Positions 39,012 through 47,333 of a stretch of 64,000 nt of DNA are shown here, piece after piece. A model generated the notes under the pieces. That model was not told where the DNA came from and did no database searches. It saw only the letters and a list, made by a program, of their open reading frames with translations. Within the stretch, counting starts at the first letter, position 1. Every line of letters starts with the position of its first letter. A program made the translations under genes and the position numbers. Source of the stretch: Thermodesulfobacteriota bacterium (GTDB lineage Bacteria; Desulfobacterota_D; UBA1144; Nemesobacterales; Nemesobacteraceae); assembly GCA_965204795.1 (NCBI GenBank), contig OZ242012.1, forward strand, positions 355,861 through 419,860, in the 5' to 3' direction.

Positions 39012-40924
39012 TCAAGGCTCCCCAGATCTTTTATCGCGTTGCGGAAAGCTTCGGGCATGTAGGATGCAAGCGCCGAATTACCATGAAGCATCAGGGCCAG
39101 TTCCGCCGCATATTCCGTTTTGTGTTTCTTGAGAAGACTTTTAAGGTTTTTCGAATCTATCTCTTCGGCGTCTTTGTGTCCCGTGTTCAGGAGGGCGTCG
39201 CGAAGTTTGGATTCCAGCCCGTCGGACAGAAGCTGCTGTTCGAGATTTCCGGCTGAATGTGTGCGGCACCGCTCTTTTGCGAGGTCGGCATCGCCGATTC
39301 GTGATTTTATTTCCCGAATTCTCTTTTTGCCTGCGCAATCGCCGTCAAGCACCACGAGCCATGGAATTCCGAGAGCCTGGGCCAGCGCTGTGAAAAGCTT
39401 GGGGTTTCCGTTGTTCATCGAATCGATAAGGGATACTCCATGCTCGTCTAGGTCGTATCCAATCTCCCGAGCCAAGGCACTGACCAGCAGGTATTCCGCC
39501 TGACCTTCTACGATAAGCCACCTGTGCGCAAAAAATATCTCGCCTCGAATCCGGCGGGCAAACGTCTCAAGTTTTCTCAGTTCGTCATTATTTATAAAGA
39601 GCGAAGAACGGTCCAGCAGTTCCCGCAGTCTTTCGTGTATTTTGGTCTTTTCAGGATGTTTGCTGTAGCAACGGAGCAACTTTTTGTAGAGATTCTTTTC
39701 GAGCTTGCCGTGAACCGTAAGCGTTTCCGCCACCCTTTCATATCTTAAAAACCCCTTGCCGTTGCTGACAACGGCGTCAATACCCTCGACGTGAGGAATG
39801 TCTTGTGCTGAGAAACTTTCCGGGAGCGACCTGACTTCGGTTCCACTGTCTGTGAGCCGGACTAGGCGAAGGTCTCGAAAGGAAACATGTTGGACGAAGT
39901 AGGGAGAATGAGTGGTGATGATTTTCTGACCGGGCAGGTTGTTAACATGAGCCCACAGCGTCCGTGCCGCGTGAGGATGCAGATGGGTCTCCGGTTCCTC
40001 AAGAGCTAGAACCGGAGCACTGTCGTCTTCGTAGAGTTCGGAGAGGAGATGCTCGACGAAAGCCTGAAAAAGAAAAATGACGGAAAGACTCTGCACCCCT
40101 TGGCCATGCCGCTGAAGCGGGAGCCATGGCCAGCTCCGTTCGTTCCGCATTATTATCTGTGCTTTCGACAGCAAATCCCAGGACTTGAGCGGAACGAGGC
40201 GAAGATCAACTTCACCGTCGCCGCTTCTCGCGGCGACCCGGGTCGCGCCGGAAAGCGTATCGGCGATTTTCTTCAATCGGGGATCGGCTTTAAGAAGCTT
40301 GCTGTTTAGCTTGTCGAGAGCGCTTTGCACCTGAGTCTCAAGCTCCGAAGGTATGTTCATCGCCTTGAGCAAGCGTCCCCAGAACTGAGAACGCGAAGAG
40401 AACTCGTCGTCCGCGTCACGCAGGGCTCCTAGGTAGAATACAGGAAGGTAGTGCCAGAAGCTCTCCAGATTGATCCGCCGCGCCGAGTCTCCCGTCAACG
40501 GTTCTCTCGCGGCGTTTAGAAACTGCCAGACGGGCTGAAAACTTTCATCTTCGGCGTTCCAGGCGCAGCTTACGCGCAGGACTATGGAGTTTTTGCCTGT
40601 AGCAGGGTCGGGCTGGTAAATGCCGGTAAGATCCTGCCGCAGTTCGGCGGACCACTCGCCTTTTTCCCGCTCTTCCGCATGAAGCTCAATGGAAACTCCT
40701 GGCGACTGTTTCGGGTCGCTTTCTTCGTTCTCGAGATGGATGTCATACTCGGTAAAGCCTGTTCCTCTCTGCCCCCATCTTCTGGTCAAAGCTATTCGTA
40801 CCGCATCGAGGATGGCGGTTTTTCCCGCGTTGTTCGGACCTATAAATACGGTTGTGTCCCCGAGTTCTATGTCAAGGACCTTCAGCGACCGGAAATTCTT
40901 TATGTGGAGACGAGTAATGCGCAT
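39008..40924 (-). CDS. OLD family ATP-dependent nuclease (ABC ATPase + TOPRIM), Gabija GajA-like, pair 1
   Basis: IKNFRS, GPNNAGKT, HGQGVQS, LEEPETHLHP, TTHSP, and TOPRIM EGQAE and LDGD. Confidence 0.88.
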   Translation of the reverse strand: MRITRLHIKNFRSLKVLDIELGDTTVFIGPNNAGKTAILDAVRIALTRRWGQRGTGFTEYDIHLENEESDPKQSPGVSIELHAEEREKGEWSAELRQDLTGIYQPDPATGKNSIVLRVSCAWNAEDESFQPVWQFLNAAREPLTGDSARRINLESFWHYLPVFYLGALRDADDEFSSRSQFWGRLLKAMNIPSELETQVQSALDKLNSKLLKADPRLKKIADTLSGATRVAARSGDGEVDLRLVPLKSWDLLSKAQIIMRNERSWPWLPLQRHGQGVQSLSVIFLFQAFVEHLLSELYEDDSAPVLALEEPETHLHPHAARTLWAHVNNLPGQKIITTHSPYFVQHVSFRDLRLVRLTDSGTEVRSLPESFSAQDIPHVEGIDAVVSNGKGFLRYERVAETLTVHGKLEKNLYKKLLRCYSKHPEKTKIHERLRELLDRSSLFINNDELRKLETFARRIRGEIFFAHRWLIVEGQAEYLLVSALAREIGYDLDEHGVSLIDSMNNGNPKLFTALAQALGIPWLVVLDGDCAGKKRIREIKSRIGDADLAKERCRTHSAGNLEQQLLSDGLESKLRDALLNTGHKDAEEIDSKNLKSLLKKHKTEYAAELALMLHGNSALASYMPEAFRNAIKDLGSLE

Positions 40925-41062
40925 CAGACATCACGACCCAGTACTTGCGCCTTCGGGCTCACGATCATAACGGTCGGGAAAAGTCCGGTTGACGAATCTG
41001 GCCCACCCGAAGTATAACACGAAGCCCCGTCAATTATAATATGGAACTCCCTAACAAAACGG

Positions 41063-41091
41063 TTGATATTTTAGTCCGTCAGTAATATATT
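41063..41091 (+). promoter_or_regulatory. Sigma70-type promoter upstream of putative small RNA copy 2
   Basis: TTGATA (41063-41068), 17 nt spacer, TATATT (41086-41091). Same geometry as copy 1. Confidence 0.6.
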
Positions 41092-41097
41092 TTAAAT

Positions 41098-41161
41098 GAC
41101 TCACCTGCCATGTGTAGGAGGAGCATTCGAGGTCGTCCCAGCGGGCGACCTCAGTTTTTTT
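41098..41161 (+). ncRNA. Putative small RNA, copy 2 (unknown family)
   Basis: Starts 6 nt after the -10 box: GACTCACCTGCCATGTGTAGGAGGAGCATTC, then a terminator hairpin and T7. Confidence 0.55.
41129..41161 (+). terminator. Intrinsic terminator
   Basis: Stem gaggtcgtcc/gggcgacctc, loop cagc, followed by agTTTTTTT. Confidence 0.72.
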
Positions 41162-41355
41162 GTCCCGTCTTTTCTCTGAAGTAATTCTCGCGCTCGCGGC
41201 GCAGTCTGGAAGTTCCTCGGTGGGACGGGTCTGTAACAGTAGGCGGTTTTCAGTAGCCGGTGATTCTTACGTTCCGCCAGCACCACGAGATATTCCTCGC
41301 GGTATCATAGCAGAGTGCTTATCTCGTCGCCGCGGGTTTTGGATAATCAATATCC

Positions 41356-42174
41356 TCATTCCGTTATGCGAAGCGGGTCGGGATGGACGAATTCGTATCC
41401 GAGCGTCTTCTTGAGCTTTTCGTTCGAGACTATCTTGTACCGAGGTTTCTCTCCGCCGCTTTCGAAAGCCGGAAGATCCACGCCGAGCCTGAGAGCCTCG
41501 CGGGAGTAGTACTCCCTTCTGGTCGGATGATGGTCGCAGACGGCGTTAAGCGTCGTGTTCCTCGCGTCGAGAGCGATTGTTCTGAGCGCCACCCCCACGC
41601 AGTCGTCGCGGTGTATGAGGTTGAGCGGACAGTCGGGGTCCATCACGAGCTTCTTTTTTCTTATCGAGTTTATCGGCGCCCTGTCGTAGCCCACCAGTCC
41701 CGCGAACCTGATCACGGTCGTATCCGTGGGCACGTGGTCGAAAAGAACTTTCTCCACGCGCAGAAGGGCTTTTCCCGAAGGCTTGTCGGGGTTGACCGCG
41801 TCTTGTTCCCTCACGACGCCGTTTGTGTTCGGATAGACGGAAGTCGAGCCGGCGAATACGACCCACTTGCCCCCGGGCTTCGGAATCGCTCCGAGAAGAC
41901 TCCTGACCTGCCTTTCGTAGTAGACCTCCACGTCGTCTCTTCTGGGAGGCGGGAAGTTGACGAAAAGTATGTCCGAGGAAAAAAATCGGCCGGTATCCTC
42001 TCCGCCCGTCTCGGGATCGAGGTTGACCAGATACGGTTCTATTCCCTTTCCCTCAAGCTCCGCGAGTTTTCCGGGGTCCCTCGAAGAACCCCTTACGAAA
42101 AATCCTTCCTCGAGAAGCCTGACCGCGAGCGGAAGCCCGAGCCACCCGCATCCCAGAACGCTTACCGACCTCAT
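41356..42174 (-). CDS. NAD-dependent epimerase/SDR (YeeZ-like)
   Basis: VSVLGCGWLGLPLA Rossmann motif, STSVY, RFAGLVG and NLIHRDDC. Start at ATG 42174. Confidence 0.88.
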   Translation of the reverse strand: MRSVSVLGCGWLGLPLAVRLLEEGFFVRGSSRDPGKLAELEGKGIEPYLVNLDPETGGEDTGRFFSSDILFVNFPPPRRDDVEVYYERQVRSLLGAIPKPGGKWVVFAGSTSVYPNTNGVVREQDAVNPDKPSGKALLRVEKVLFDHVPTDTTVIRFAGLVGYDRAPINSIRKKKLVMDPDCPLNLIHRDDCVGVALRTIALDARNTTLNAVCDHHPTRREYYSREALRLGVDLPAFESGGEKPRYKIVSNEKLKKTLGYEFVHPDPLRITE

Positions 42175-42347
42175 GCGTCCCGCTCCGTCTCCCGCTCGGA
42201 TATCCTCTCCATGACTTCCTCCCGCTCGGCGTCGGAGAACTCCTCCCATCCCGCTATTTCGTCCGACGTGCGAAGGCAGCCGACGCAGAGCCCCGTGTCT
42301 TCGTCGAGAATGCACACGCCGTTGCAGGGAGAGGACGTTTTTCCCAT
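42171..42347 (-). CDS. DUF1289 family small Cys-rich protein (58 aa, below the ORF-track cutoff)
   Basis: Manual translation MGKTSSPCNGVCILDEDTGLCVGCLRTSDEIAGW... ATGA overlap with the next gene. Confidence 0.85.
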   Translation of the reverse strand: MGKTSSPCNGVCILDEDTGLCVGCLRTSDEIAGWEEFSDAEREEVMERISERETERDA

Positions 42348-42354
42348 CGGCCGG

Positions 42355-43242
42355 CTACCCCAGAAATATCCTCGTTATCTCGAGATATTTCTCCCCGGTC
42401 TTCTCCACTATGTCGTCTGGAAGGTCGGGCGGGGGAGGCTGCCTGTCCCAGCCCGAGGACCTGAGATAGTCTCTCACGAACTGCTTGTCGAAGCTTTCCT
42501 GCGCGCGCCCCGGACTGTAACTTCCGGCGGGCCAGAACCGGGAGGAGTCGGGGGTAAGAGCCTCGTCTATCAGCAGAAGCTCTCCCGTGTCCTTCGCGAG
42601 TCCGAACTCGAACTTCGTGTCCGCTATTATCACTCCCTTTTTCTCCGCGACGGCAACCGCGGCCCGGTAGAGCGCGACGCTCGTCTCTCTTGCCCTGCGC
42701 GCCAGGTCGCCCCCGACCGTTTCCACCGCCTTTTCGAAAGACACGTTCTCGTCGTGGCTTCCCCGCTCGGCCTTGGTGGCCGGGGTGAATATCGGCTCCG
42801 CGAGCTTCTGGGATTCCAAAAGCCCCCCTGGAAGCTCTATCCCGCAGACCGAGCCCGTCTCCAGGTACTCCTCCCATCCCGAGCCGCTCAGGTAGCCCCT
42901 CACCACGCACTCCACGGGAAGAGGTTCCGTTTTTCTCACCAGCATGGACCTTCCGGCGAGTTTCTCCGAATGGGCCCGGAACCGTTTCGGAAAATCCGCC
43001 GGGTCCGTGGATATCATGTGGTTGGGAACGATGTCCGCGGTCTCGCGGAACCAGAATTCCGAAAGGCGGGTCAGCACCACTCCCTTTCCGGGAACGCCCT
43101 GGGGAAGCACCACGTCGAAGGCCGAGATGCGGTCGGTGGCCACTATCAGGAGCGTGTCGCCCAGGTCGTAGATCTCCCGCACCTTGCCGCTTTTCGGCCG
43201 GTCGGATTCAATGAAGTCGGTGGTGAGTATGGTCTTTCGGAT
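42355..43242 (-). CDS. purC: SAICAR synthase (start codon uncertain)
   Basis: GKVREIY, ATDRISAFD, PVECVVRGYLSGSG, IFTPATKA, IADTKFEFG, DEALTPDSSRFW and DKQFVRDYL. The frame is open upstream of GTG 43182 but has no ATG/GTG/TTG, so the 43242 start is tentative. Confidence 0.93.
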   Translation of the reverse strand: MRKTILTTDFIESDRPKSGKVREIYDLGDTLLIVATDRISAFDVVLPQGVPGKGVVLTRLSEFWFRETADIVPNHMISTDPADFPKRFRAHSEKLAGRSMLVRKTEPLPVECVVRGYLSGSGWEEYLETGSVCGIELPGGLLESQKLAEPIFTPATKAERGSHDENVSFEKAVETVGGDLARRARETSVALYRAAVAVAEKKGVIIADTKFEFGLAKDTGELLLIDEALTPDSSRFWPAGSYSPGRAQESFDKQFVRDYLRSSGWDRQPPPPDLPDDIVEKTGEKYLEITRIFLG

Positions 43243-43458
43243 CGCGACGCTGTCCCTGTCCGGGTTTTTCCTCTCTTCGTCCCGAAGGAATCCGCAAGCT
43301 ACCCGAAACCGCGGATGTTCTCAAGCGCTTACGGGCGTCCCGCGCGGGATGTTCCCCCGGCCCGGTTTCTCGGCTTTTTCCGTCGGAACCGGCGTTTTGC
43401 CGGAGGCTTCCGACCCGCTTGACAACCGAACGCCCTTAAAAGAAAATACAGGGTTTTT

Positions 43459-43533
43459 GAGCACGTAGCTCAGGGGCAGAGCACTTGCTTGACGTGCAAG
43501 GGGTCGCAGGTTCAATTCCTGCCGTGCTCACCA
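43459..43533 (+). tRNA. tRNA-Val (anticodon GAC)
   Basis: Acceptor stem gagcacg/cgtgctc, anticodon arm cttgc-tt-GAC-gt-gcaag, GGTTCAATTCC T arm, CCA end. Confidence 0.95.
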
Positions 43534-43557
43534 TGCTTTCTGAAGGACGAAGGGATA

Positions 43558-45489
43558 TTGGACGTAAAAGTGAGTTTTGAAGGCAGAAGCGCCGAGCTTC
43601 CGTCCGGCTCTACGGTCGGAGAGGCGCTCGACGCCCTGGGCGCGAAGAAAAACGCCGTCGGCGCACTTGTTGACGGAAAGCCGGTCGACTTCCACCACCG
43701 CGTGGAGGGCGACTGCGAGATGGTCGCGGTCAAAAAGAACACCGAGGAAGGTCTGGGACTCCTTCGCCACACCGCCGCCCACGTCCTCGCCGAAGCCGTG
43801 CAGTCCCTTTTTCCCGAGGCGAAGGTCACGATAGGCCCCGTCATAGAAAACGGCTTCTACTACGACTTCGACTTTCCGAGGGGATTCACCCCCGAGGACC
43901 TCGAAAGCATCGAGGCCAGGATGCTCGAGATAACGAAGAAAAACAGCCCCGTCACGAGAAGCGCCGTGTCGAGGGAAGACGCCGTCGCGATGTTCTCCGA
44001 GATGGGGGAGAGCTACAAGGTGGAGATAATAAACGACCTTCCCGAGGACGAGGAGATAACCCTCTACGACCAGGCCGGCTGGTACGACCTGTGCCGGGGA
44101 CCGCACGTTCCCGAAACGGGACTGGTCAGGGCGTTTAAGCTCACAAGCTCCGCGGGGGCCTACTGGAGGGGAAACGAGAACAACCCCATGCTCCAGAGAA
44201 TCTACGGGACGGCCTTCTGGAACCCGAAGGATCTTCGCGCGCACCTCAAAAGCCTCGAGGAGGCGAAAAAAAGGGACCACAGGAAGCTCGGGCGGGAGCT
44301 CGACCTTTTCAGCGTAAGCGAGGAAATAGGCCCGGGGCTGGTTCTCTGGCACCCCAGGGGGGCGACCGTGCGGGGGATAATCGAGGATTTCTGGAAAAAG
44401 GAGCACCTCTCGCGGGGCTACGAGATGCTCTACACCCCCCACATGGCGAAGCTCGACCTGTGGCGCTCGAGCGGCCACGTGGACTTCTACAGGGAGAACA
44501 TGTTCTCCTCCATGGAGGTCGAGACCTCCGACTACCAGATAAAGCCCATGAACTGTCCCTTCCACATACTGGTGTACAAGACCAGGACCAGAAGCTACAG
44601 GGACCTGCCGCTTCGGTGGGCGGAGATAGGCACCGTCTACAGGTACGAGCGCTCGGGGGTGCTCCACGGCCTCATGAGGGTCAGGGGGTTTTCCCAGGAC
44701 GACGCGCACATATTCTGCCGCCCGGACCAGATACGGGAGGAGGTCTCCGGGGTGCTCGCCCTCACCATGGACTTTCTCCGCACCTTCGGCTTCGACGACT
44801 ACGAGATATTCCTCTCCACCCGTCCCGCGAAGTTCGTGGGAAGCGAGGAGAACTGGGAGAGGTCCGTGGAGGCCATAGAGGAGGCGCTTCGCGAAACGGG
44901 TTTCGACTACGACGTGGACGAGGGCGGCGGGGCGTTCTACGGTCCCAAGATAGACCTCAAGATAAAGGACGTTCTCGGCAGGGCTTGGCAGTGCTCCACA
45001 ATTCAAGTAGATTTCAACCTGCCCGAGCGGTTCGGAATGGAGTTTGCGGGCGAGGACAACGCCAGGCACGTCCCGATAATGATACACCGGGCGATATTCG
45101 GTTCCCTCGAGCGTTTTTTCGGTATACTCATAGAGCACTACGGGGGAGCGTTTCCCCTGTGGCTCAGTCCCGAGCAGGTGAGGGTGGCGTCGGTCGGCCG
45201 GGAGCACGCCGGTTACTGCGAGAGCGTCTGCGAGACGCTTCGAAGCGGCGGGATAAGGGCGCGGACCGACACGAGAAACGAGAAGCTCGGATACAAGGTG
45301 AGAGAAGCGCAGACCATGAAGATTCCCTACCTGCTTGTGGCGGGAGACAGGGAGGCGGAGTCGGGGACGGTGGCCCCGAGGCGTTACGGGCAGGAGTCCA
45401 TGCCCGCGCTTTCGGTCGGGGATTTCCTCGAGACCGTCTCGGCCGAGAACGACCCTTACCGTTGGACGGAGGTAAAGCGGCATAGCTAG
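43558..45489 (+). CDS. thrS: Threonine--tRNA ligase
   Basis: RHTAAHVLAEA, DLCRGPHVP, RDHRKLG, KPMNCPFH, RYERSGVLHGLMRVRGFSQDDAH and FYGPKID. TTG start at 43558. Confidence 0.97.
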   Translation: MDVKVSFEGRSAELPSGSTVGEALDALGAKKNAVGALVDGKPVDFHHRVEGDCEMVAVKKNTEEGLGLLRHTAAHVLAEAVQSLFPEAKVTIGPVIENGFYYDFDFPRGFTPEDLESIEARMLEITKKNSPVTRSAVSREDAVAMFSEMGESYKVEIINDLPEDEEITLYDQAGWYDLCRGPHVPETGLVRAFKLTSSAGAYWRGNENNPMLQRIYGTAFWNPKDLRAHLKSLEEAKKRDHRKLGRELDLFSVSEEIGPGLVLWHPRGATVRGIIEDFWKKEHLSRGYEMLYTPHMAKLDLWRSSGHVDFYRENMFSSMEVETSDYQIKPMNCPFHILVYKTRTRSYRDLPLRWAEIGTVYRYERSGVLHGLMRVRGFSQDDAHIFCRPDQIREEVSGVLALTMDFLRTFGFDDYEIFLSTRPAKFVGSEENWERSVEAIEEALRETGFDYDVDEGGGAFYGPKIDLKIKDVLGRAWQCSTIQVDFNLPERFGMEFAGEDNARHVPIMIHRAIFGSLERFFGILIEHYGGAFPLWLSPEQVRVASVGREHAGYCESVCETLRSGGIRARTDTRNEKLGYKVREAQTMKIPYLLVAGDREAESGTVAPRRYGQESMPALSVGDFLETVSAENDPYRWTEVKRHS

Positions 45490-46021
45490 AAGGAGAAGCA
45501 GTCCCAAGCCGCGCGAGCCCGAGGTCCGCGTCAACAGGAGAATCAGGGCCAGGGAGGTGAGGGTGATAGACACCGAGGGGGAGCAGCTTGGAATCATGAG
45601 CATCGACGACGCGCTGCGAAGCGCCGAGGAGAAGGGGGTAGACCTGGTCGAGGTCTCCTCCGGCGCCGCTCCTCCCGTCTGCAGGCTCATGGACTACGGC
45701 AAGTACAAGTACGAGCTCAAGAAGCAGAAAAGCGCGAGGAAGCACAAGGACCGCTCGATAAAGGAGATAAAGTTCCGTCCCAACATCGGCGCCCACGACC
45801 TCAACGTCAAGGTCGGCCGCATGAGGGACTTTCTCGAGTCCGGTCACAAGACCAGGCTCAGGATATTTTTCAGGGGAAGGGAGATAGTGCACCCCGAGCT
45901 CGGCCGCAGCCTGGCGGCGAACGTCTGCGAGGAACTCGCCGACGTGGCGTCGGTGGACATGGAGCCGAAGATAGAGGGGAAGAACCTGATAATGGTTCTG
46001 GCCCCGACCAGAAAACAGTGA
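45482..46021 (+). CDS. infC: Translation initiation factor IF-3 (probable ATA start)
   Basis: GGAGGT 8 nt upstream of an in-frame ATA at 45482. RVNRRIRAREVRVID, PPVCRLMDYGKYKY and KEIKFRPNIGAHD. Confidence 0.95.
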   Translation: MARRRSSPKPREPEVRVNRRIRAREVRVIDTEGEQLGIMSIDDALRSAEEKGVDLVEVSSGAAPPVCRLMDYGKYKYELKKQKSARKHKDRSIKEIKFRPNIGAHDLNVKVGRMRDFLESGHKTRLRIFFRGREIVHPELGRSLAANVCEELADVASVDMEPKIEGKNLIMVLAPTRKQ

Positions 46022-46031
46022 GGTCAGCGAC

Positions 46032-46235
46032 ATGGCGAAAATCAAGATGAAGACCAACCGCAGCGCGGCGAAGAGATTCTCCGTGACGGGAAGCGGGAAG
46101 GTGAGAAGGAACAAGGGCGGAAAAAGCCACATAAACGTGAAGAAAAGCTCGAAGAGAATGAGAAGGCTTCTGAGCCCCGACTTCATCGAGGGCGCCGCCG
46201 CCAGGAGAATAAAGACCTACGTTCCCTACGGCTAG
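46032..46235 (+). CDS. rpmI: 50S ribosomal protein L35
   Basis: KMKTNRSAAKRFSVTGSGK, in thrS-infC-rpmI-rplT order. Confidence 0.95.
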   Translation: MAKIKMKTNRSAAKRFSVTGSGKVRRNKGGKSHINVKKSSKRMRRLLSPDFIEGAAARRIKTYVPYG

Positions 46236-46265
46236 GCCGGCGCGGAGCGCAGACGGAGACCCGAC

Positions 46266-46619
46266 ATGAGAATAAAAAGAGGAGTGACTTCCAGGAAGAG
46301 AAAGAAGAAGGTTCTAAAGCTCGCCAAGGGGTACTGGGGAAGGAGAAAGAGCAGCTACAGAAGGGCCAAGGAGACGGTGCTTCGGGCGCTCGCCTATTCC
46401 TACAGGGACCGCCGGCGCAGGAAAAGGGACTTCAGGGCGCTGTGGATCATGAGGATAAACGCCGCGGTGAGACCCTTCGGGCTTTCCTACAGCGCGTTCA
46501 TGGGAGCGCTCAGAAAATCGGGAGTGGAGATCGACAGGAAGTCCCTCTCCGAACTCGCCGTGAGAAGTCCCGAAAGTTTCGGGGCCGTGGTGGAGTTCGC
46601 GAAATCGGCGAAAAAGTAG
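46266..46619 (+). CDS. rplT: 50S ribosomal protein L20
   Basis: [34 protein letters not shown] and [10 protein letters not shown]. Confidence 0.97.
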   Translation: MRIKRGVTSRKRKKKVLKLAKGYWGRRKSSYRRAKETVLRALAYSYRDRRRRKRDFRALWIMRINAAVRPFGLSYSAFMGALRKSGVEIDRKSLSELAVRSPESFGAVVEFAKSAKK

Positions 46620-46634
46620 GAGAGCTTTCGCTCC

Positions 46635-47333
46635 TCACCCGACGGGACTTCGGTGCGGGTCGTGGGGGTCGCCCTCCAGGGGACATCCCGCGCAGCTGGC
46701 CTTTTTCGAGCAGTGAAGCTTTCCCGTCCTGACTATGAGGGCGTGGTATTCGTTGAATGTCCGCGCGTCGGGCGCGAGGCTTTCGGTGAAAAGCTTCTGT
46801 GTTTCCCCGTAGCCCGCCCGCCTCGGTACGAGTCCGTGCCGCGAGAGGATTCTTTTTGTGTACGCGTCGACGACGAACGCCGGTTTCCCCAGGGCGTAGA
46901 GCAGTATGGAGTCGGCCGTCTCCTCTCCCACGCCGTTTACCCGAAGCAGCTTTTCGCGAAGCGTTTCTGTGTCCTCCCCGAGCATGTTTTCCATCTCGCC
47001 CCCGTATTCCTCGAAAAGAAAGTCGGCGAAGTTCTTCAGGCGCGCGGCCTTTAGGTTGTGATACCCGCAGGGGCGTATCAGGGCGGAGAGACGCTCCGCG
47101 GAAGCGGACCTTACTGACCCGGCGTCGAGCATCGAGTTTTCCCGAAGGGCGCTCACCGCCCGCTCCACGTTTTTCCACGAGGCGTTCTGGGTGAGTATGG
47201 CGCCCGCGGCGCACTCGAACCTGGTTTCGGCGGGCCACCAGCCCTGGGGACCGTAGGCGTCGCGGAGGAGGTCGTAGAAATTCCGTATTCTTCTTCGCGC
47301 CTCCGGCGCGGGATTTCCCGCGCGCCCGCTCAG
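46635..47333 (-). CDS. Endonuclease III-related HhH-GPD DNA glycosylase with Fe-S motif
   Basis: YGPQGWWP, GAILTQNASWKNVE, GVGEETADSILLYA, FVVDAYTKR and HCSKKASCAGCPL. Probable CTG start at 47333. Confidence 0.88.
   Translation of the reverse strand: MSGRAGNPAPEARRRIRNFYDLLRDAYGPQGWWPAETRFECAAGAILTQNASWKNVERAVSALRENSMLDAGSVRSASAERLSALIRPCGYHNLKAARLKNFADFLFEEYGGEMENMLGEDTETLREKLLRVNGVGEETADSILLYALGKPAFVVDAYTKRILSRHGLVPRRAGYGETQKLFTESLAPDARTFNEYHALIVRTGKLHCSKKASCAGCPLEGDPHDPHRSPVG

Noticed and set aside
36627-41161. The direct repeat as a CRISPR array or prophage attL/attR
   Set aside because: Only two copies 4.4 kb apart, no spacers or cas genes, no integrase, and no tRNA-end identity. Promoter and terminator structure fits a transcribed unit better.
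43489-43557. thrS N-terminal extension in the ORF track
   Set aside because: It overlaps tRNA-Val. TTG 43558 is the plausible start.
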